From Candidatus Saccharimonadota bacterium (GTDB taxonomy: Bacteria; Patescibacteriota; Gracilibacteria; BD1-5; UBA6164), in assembly GCA_004563595.2 (NCBI GenBank), contig CP042461.1, positions 300,001-332,000 on the forward strand: a stretch of DNA of 32,000 nucleotides. Reading direction: 5' to 3'. Position 1 is the first letter of the stretch. Each line of letters starts with the position of its first letter. Positions 30,897 through 32,000 of this stretch are shown in pieces. Position numbers and translations under genes: made by a program. Below the pieces are notes generated by a model. The model had not been told where the DNA came from and ran no database searches. It worked only from the letters and a program-made list of their open reading frames with translations.

Positions 30897-31223
30897 ATGT
30901 CCCTACAAAAATGCCCAAACTGTAAAAAGAAAATCTCTTGGTGGAAAGTATATAAAAAAATTAACCAAAAAAGGTTTTATGGAAATCACTTATTAAAATG
31001 TTCAAAATGTTCTTATAAGTTATGACTGAAACTTAAGAAGAAAGACTTTACCGAGCGTTTATATAAAGCCTTCTTGTGGATGAGTTTCCCAATCTTATTA
31101 ATTGTGGCTGTTGCTCTATGAAAAATATTTTTCTGAACGGCAATTGTATTGGTTGTTTTATACCATTTTGCTGCAATGCATTATATTATTACAAAATATA
31201 AATATGATACATGTAAGAAATAA
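30897..31223 (+). CDS. Zinc-ribbon (CxxC...CxxC) small membrane protein
   Basis: Sequence: MSLQKCPNCKKKISWW...LKCSKCSYKLG, followed by two hydrophobic helices. 108 aa with 3 TGA codons. Confidence 0.5.
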
Positions 31224-31235
31224 AAAACTGAGGGT

Positions 31236-32000
31236 TTAGATATTTTCTTCCCAACCCAGTTTTTCTTTTTTATTAAAAATACCAAATTCATGTTCTCAGG
31301 CTTGAACTTGAGCATGATAAAAGAAATAGTTTCATTTATTTGAAGCTATTTTTTTGTATGGAGGTCTTACTGAGAGAGAAAGGTTAAATTTATTTTTAAA
31401 ATAAGCCTTTATAAAACCTCTGTGATCATCTCATGTTTTTCATAGCTGAAAAGCTTCAAATCTATCAGGATTTTCTGAATAATACTCTTTATGATCTTTA
31501 TGGATACAAACGAATATCTCTGCATCTTTTTTATTTATTTGTATAGATTTTTTTTCTGGCCTTGATTCAGATTTTCATTTATTTTTAAAAAATTGTGAAT
31601 TATGAAGAGGATAATTTTCCCAGTTAATATTTTGTTTTTCATTAATGTCAACAAGACTAGAAAAATCCATGAGAGCTGCATTTATTTCTCTTCATGAGAT
31701 TCAAGTTTTTTCAAATTGTTTTTGAATATTATTTTTAAATTCTTTAGAAAGTTTAATGAAACGGCTTCCAAGGTAGTATCTTGCAAATATTTTTTCTATA
31801 TTGGTATCAAAAGCTAATACACTTTGATTATGTCAAAAAGCAAGGATTGCTTGAGATGTATATGGTCAAACTCCAGGGAGAGAAAGAAGCTCATTATAAT
31901 CATTTGGGAATATTCAGTCATGATCATCTACTATAGCTTTTGCTGCTCCTAACATATTTCTTGCGCGAGAATAATATCAGAGTCATTCATAATATGGGAA
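31236..32000 (-). CDS. mutY: A/G-specific adenine DNA glycosylase MutY (5' end off the right edge)
   Basis: Sequence: ...YYEGLGYYSRARNMLGAAKAIV...FPNDYNELLSLPGVGPYTSQAILAFGHNQSVLAFDTNIEKIFARYY. This is an HhH-GPD fold followed by a NUDIX-like C-terminal domain. Confidence 0.85.

Noticed and set aside
1-32000. Genetic code 4 (UGA = Trp, Mycoplasma-like) as the explanation for in-frame TGA
   Set aside because: TGA aligns with invariant Gly positions (TPGR, GGTGGH, DVDG, GSGSG). Trp positions use TGG, and TGA-TGG even encodes G-W in pcm.

Overview
This is an AT-rich bacterial chromosomal segment that is only coherent under translation table 25 (UGA = Gly), as in Gracilibacteria/Absconditabacteria-type CPR bacteria. 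Under the standard code almost every native gene breaks at TGA. Reading TGA as Gly restores full-length genes: murG, a PAP2 phosphatase, hisS, an mgtC-family gene, pcm, malic enzyme, a purN-like formyltransferase, an HD-domain (p)ppGpp hydrolase, a DEAD-box helicase, a DUF3179 gene, a C39-like peptidase, a pentapeptide-repeat protein, recJ and mutY. Conserved glycines fall exactly on the TGA codons. Two things stand out. (1) Several genes contain no TGA at all: single-chain purL, purM, a 141-aa orphan, an Imm11/DUF1629-like gene, and two small minus-strand genes. They look more GC-rich, and purL uses CGT-rich Arg codons. They sit as single-gene cassettes, some with a recognisable promoter and most followed by a terminator, among TGA-rich native genes. 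I read these as imports from standard-code donors, and two of them end in a TGA 'stop' that this host would read through. (2) A roughly 7-kb tRNA-Arg-adjacent accessory block (about 17.9-25.1 kb) carries a tight three-gene operon. It encodes a 1116-aa helical protein with a C-terminal coiled coil and a Toprim-like E...DxD module, then a membrane-anchored PH-like protein, then a polytopic membrane protein. A convergent 461-aa orphan follows, and the block is bracketed by tRNA 3'-end-like remnants. This is my best candidate for an undescribed (defence-like) system. All calls come from manual translation and motif recognition; no searches were run.
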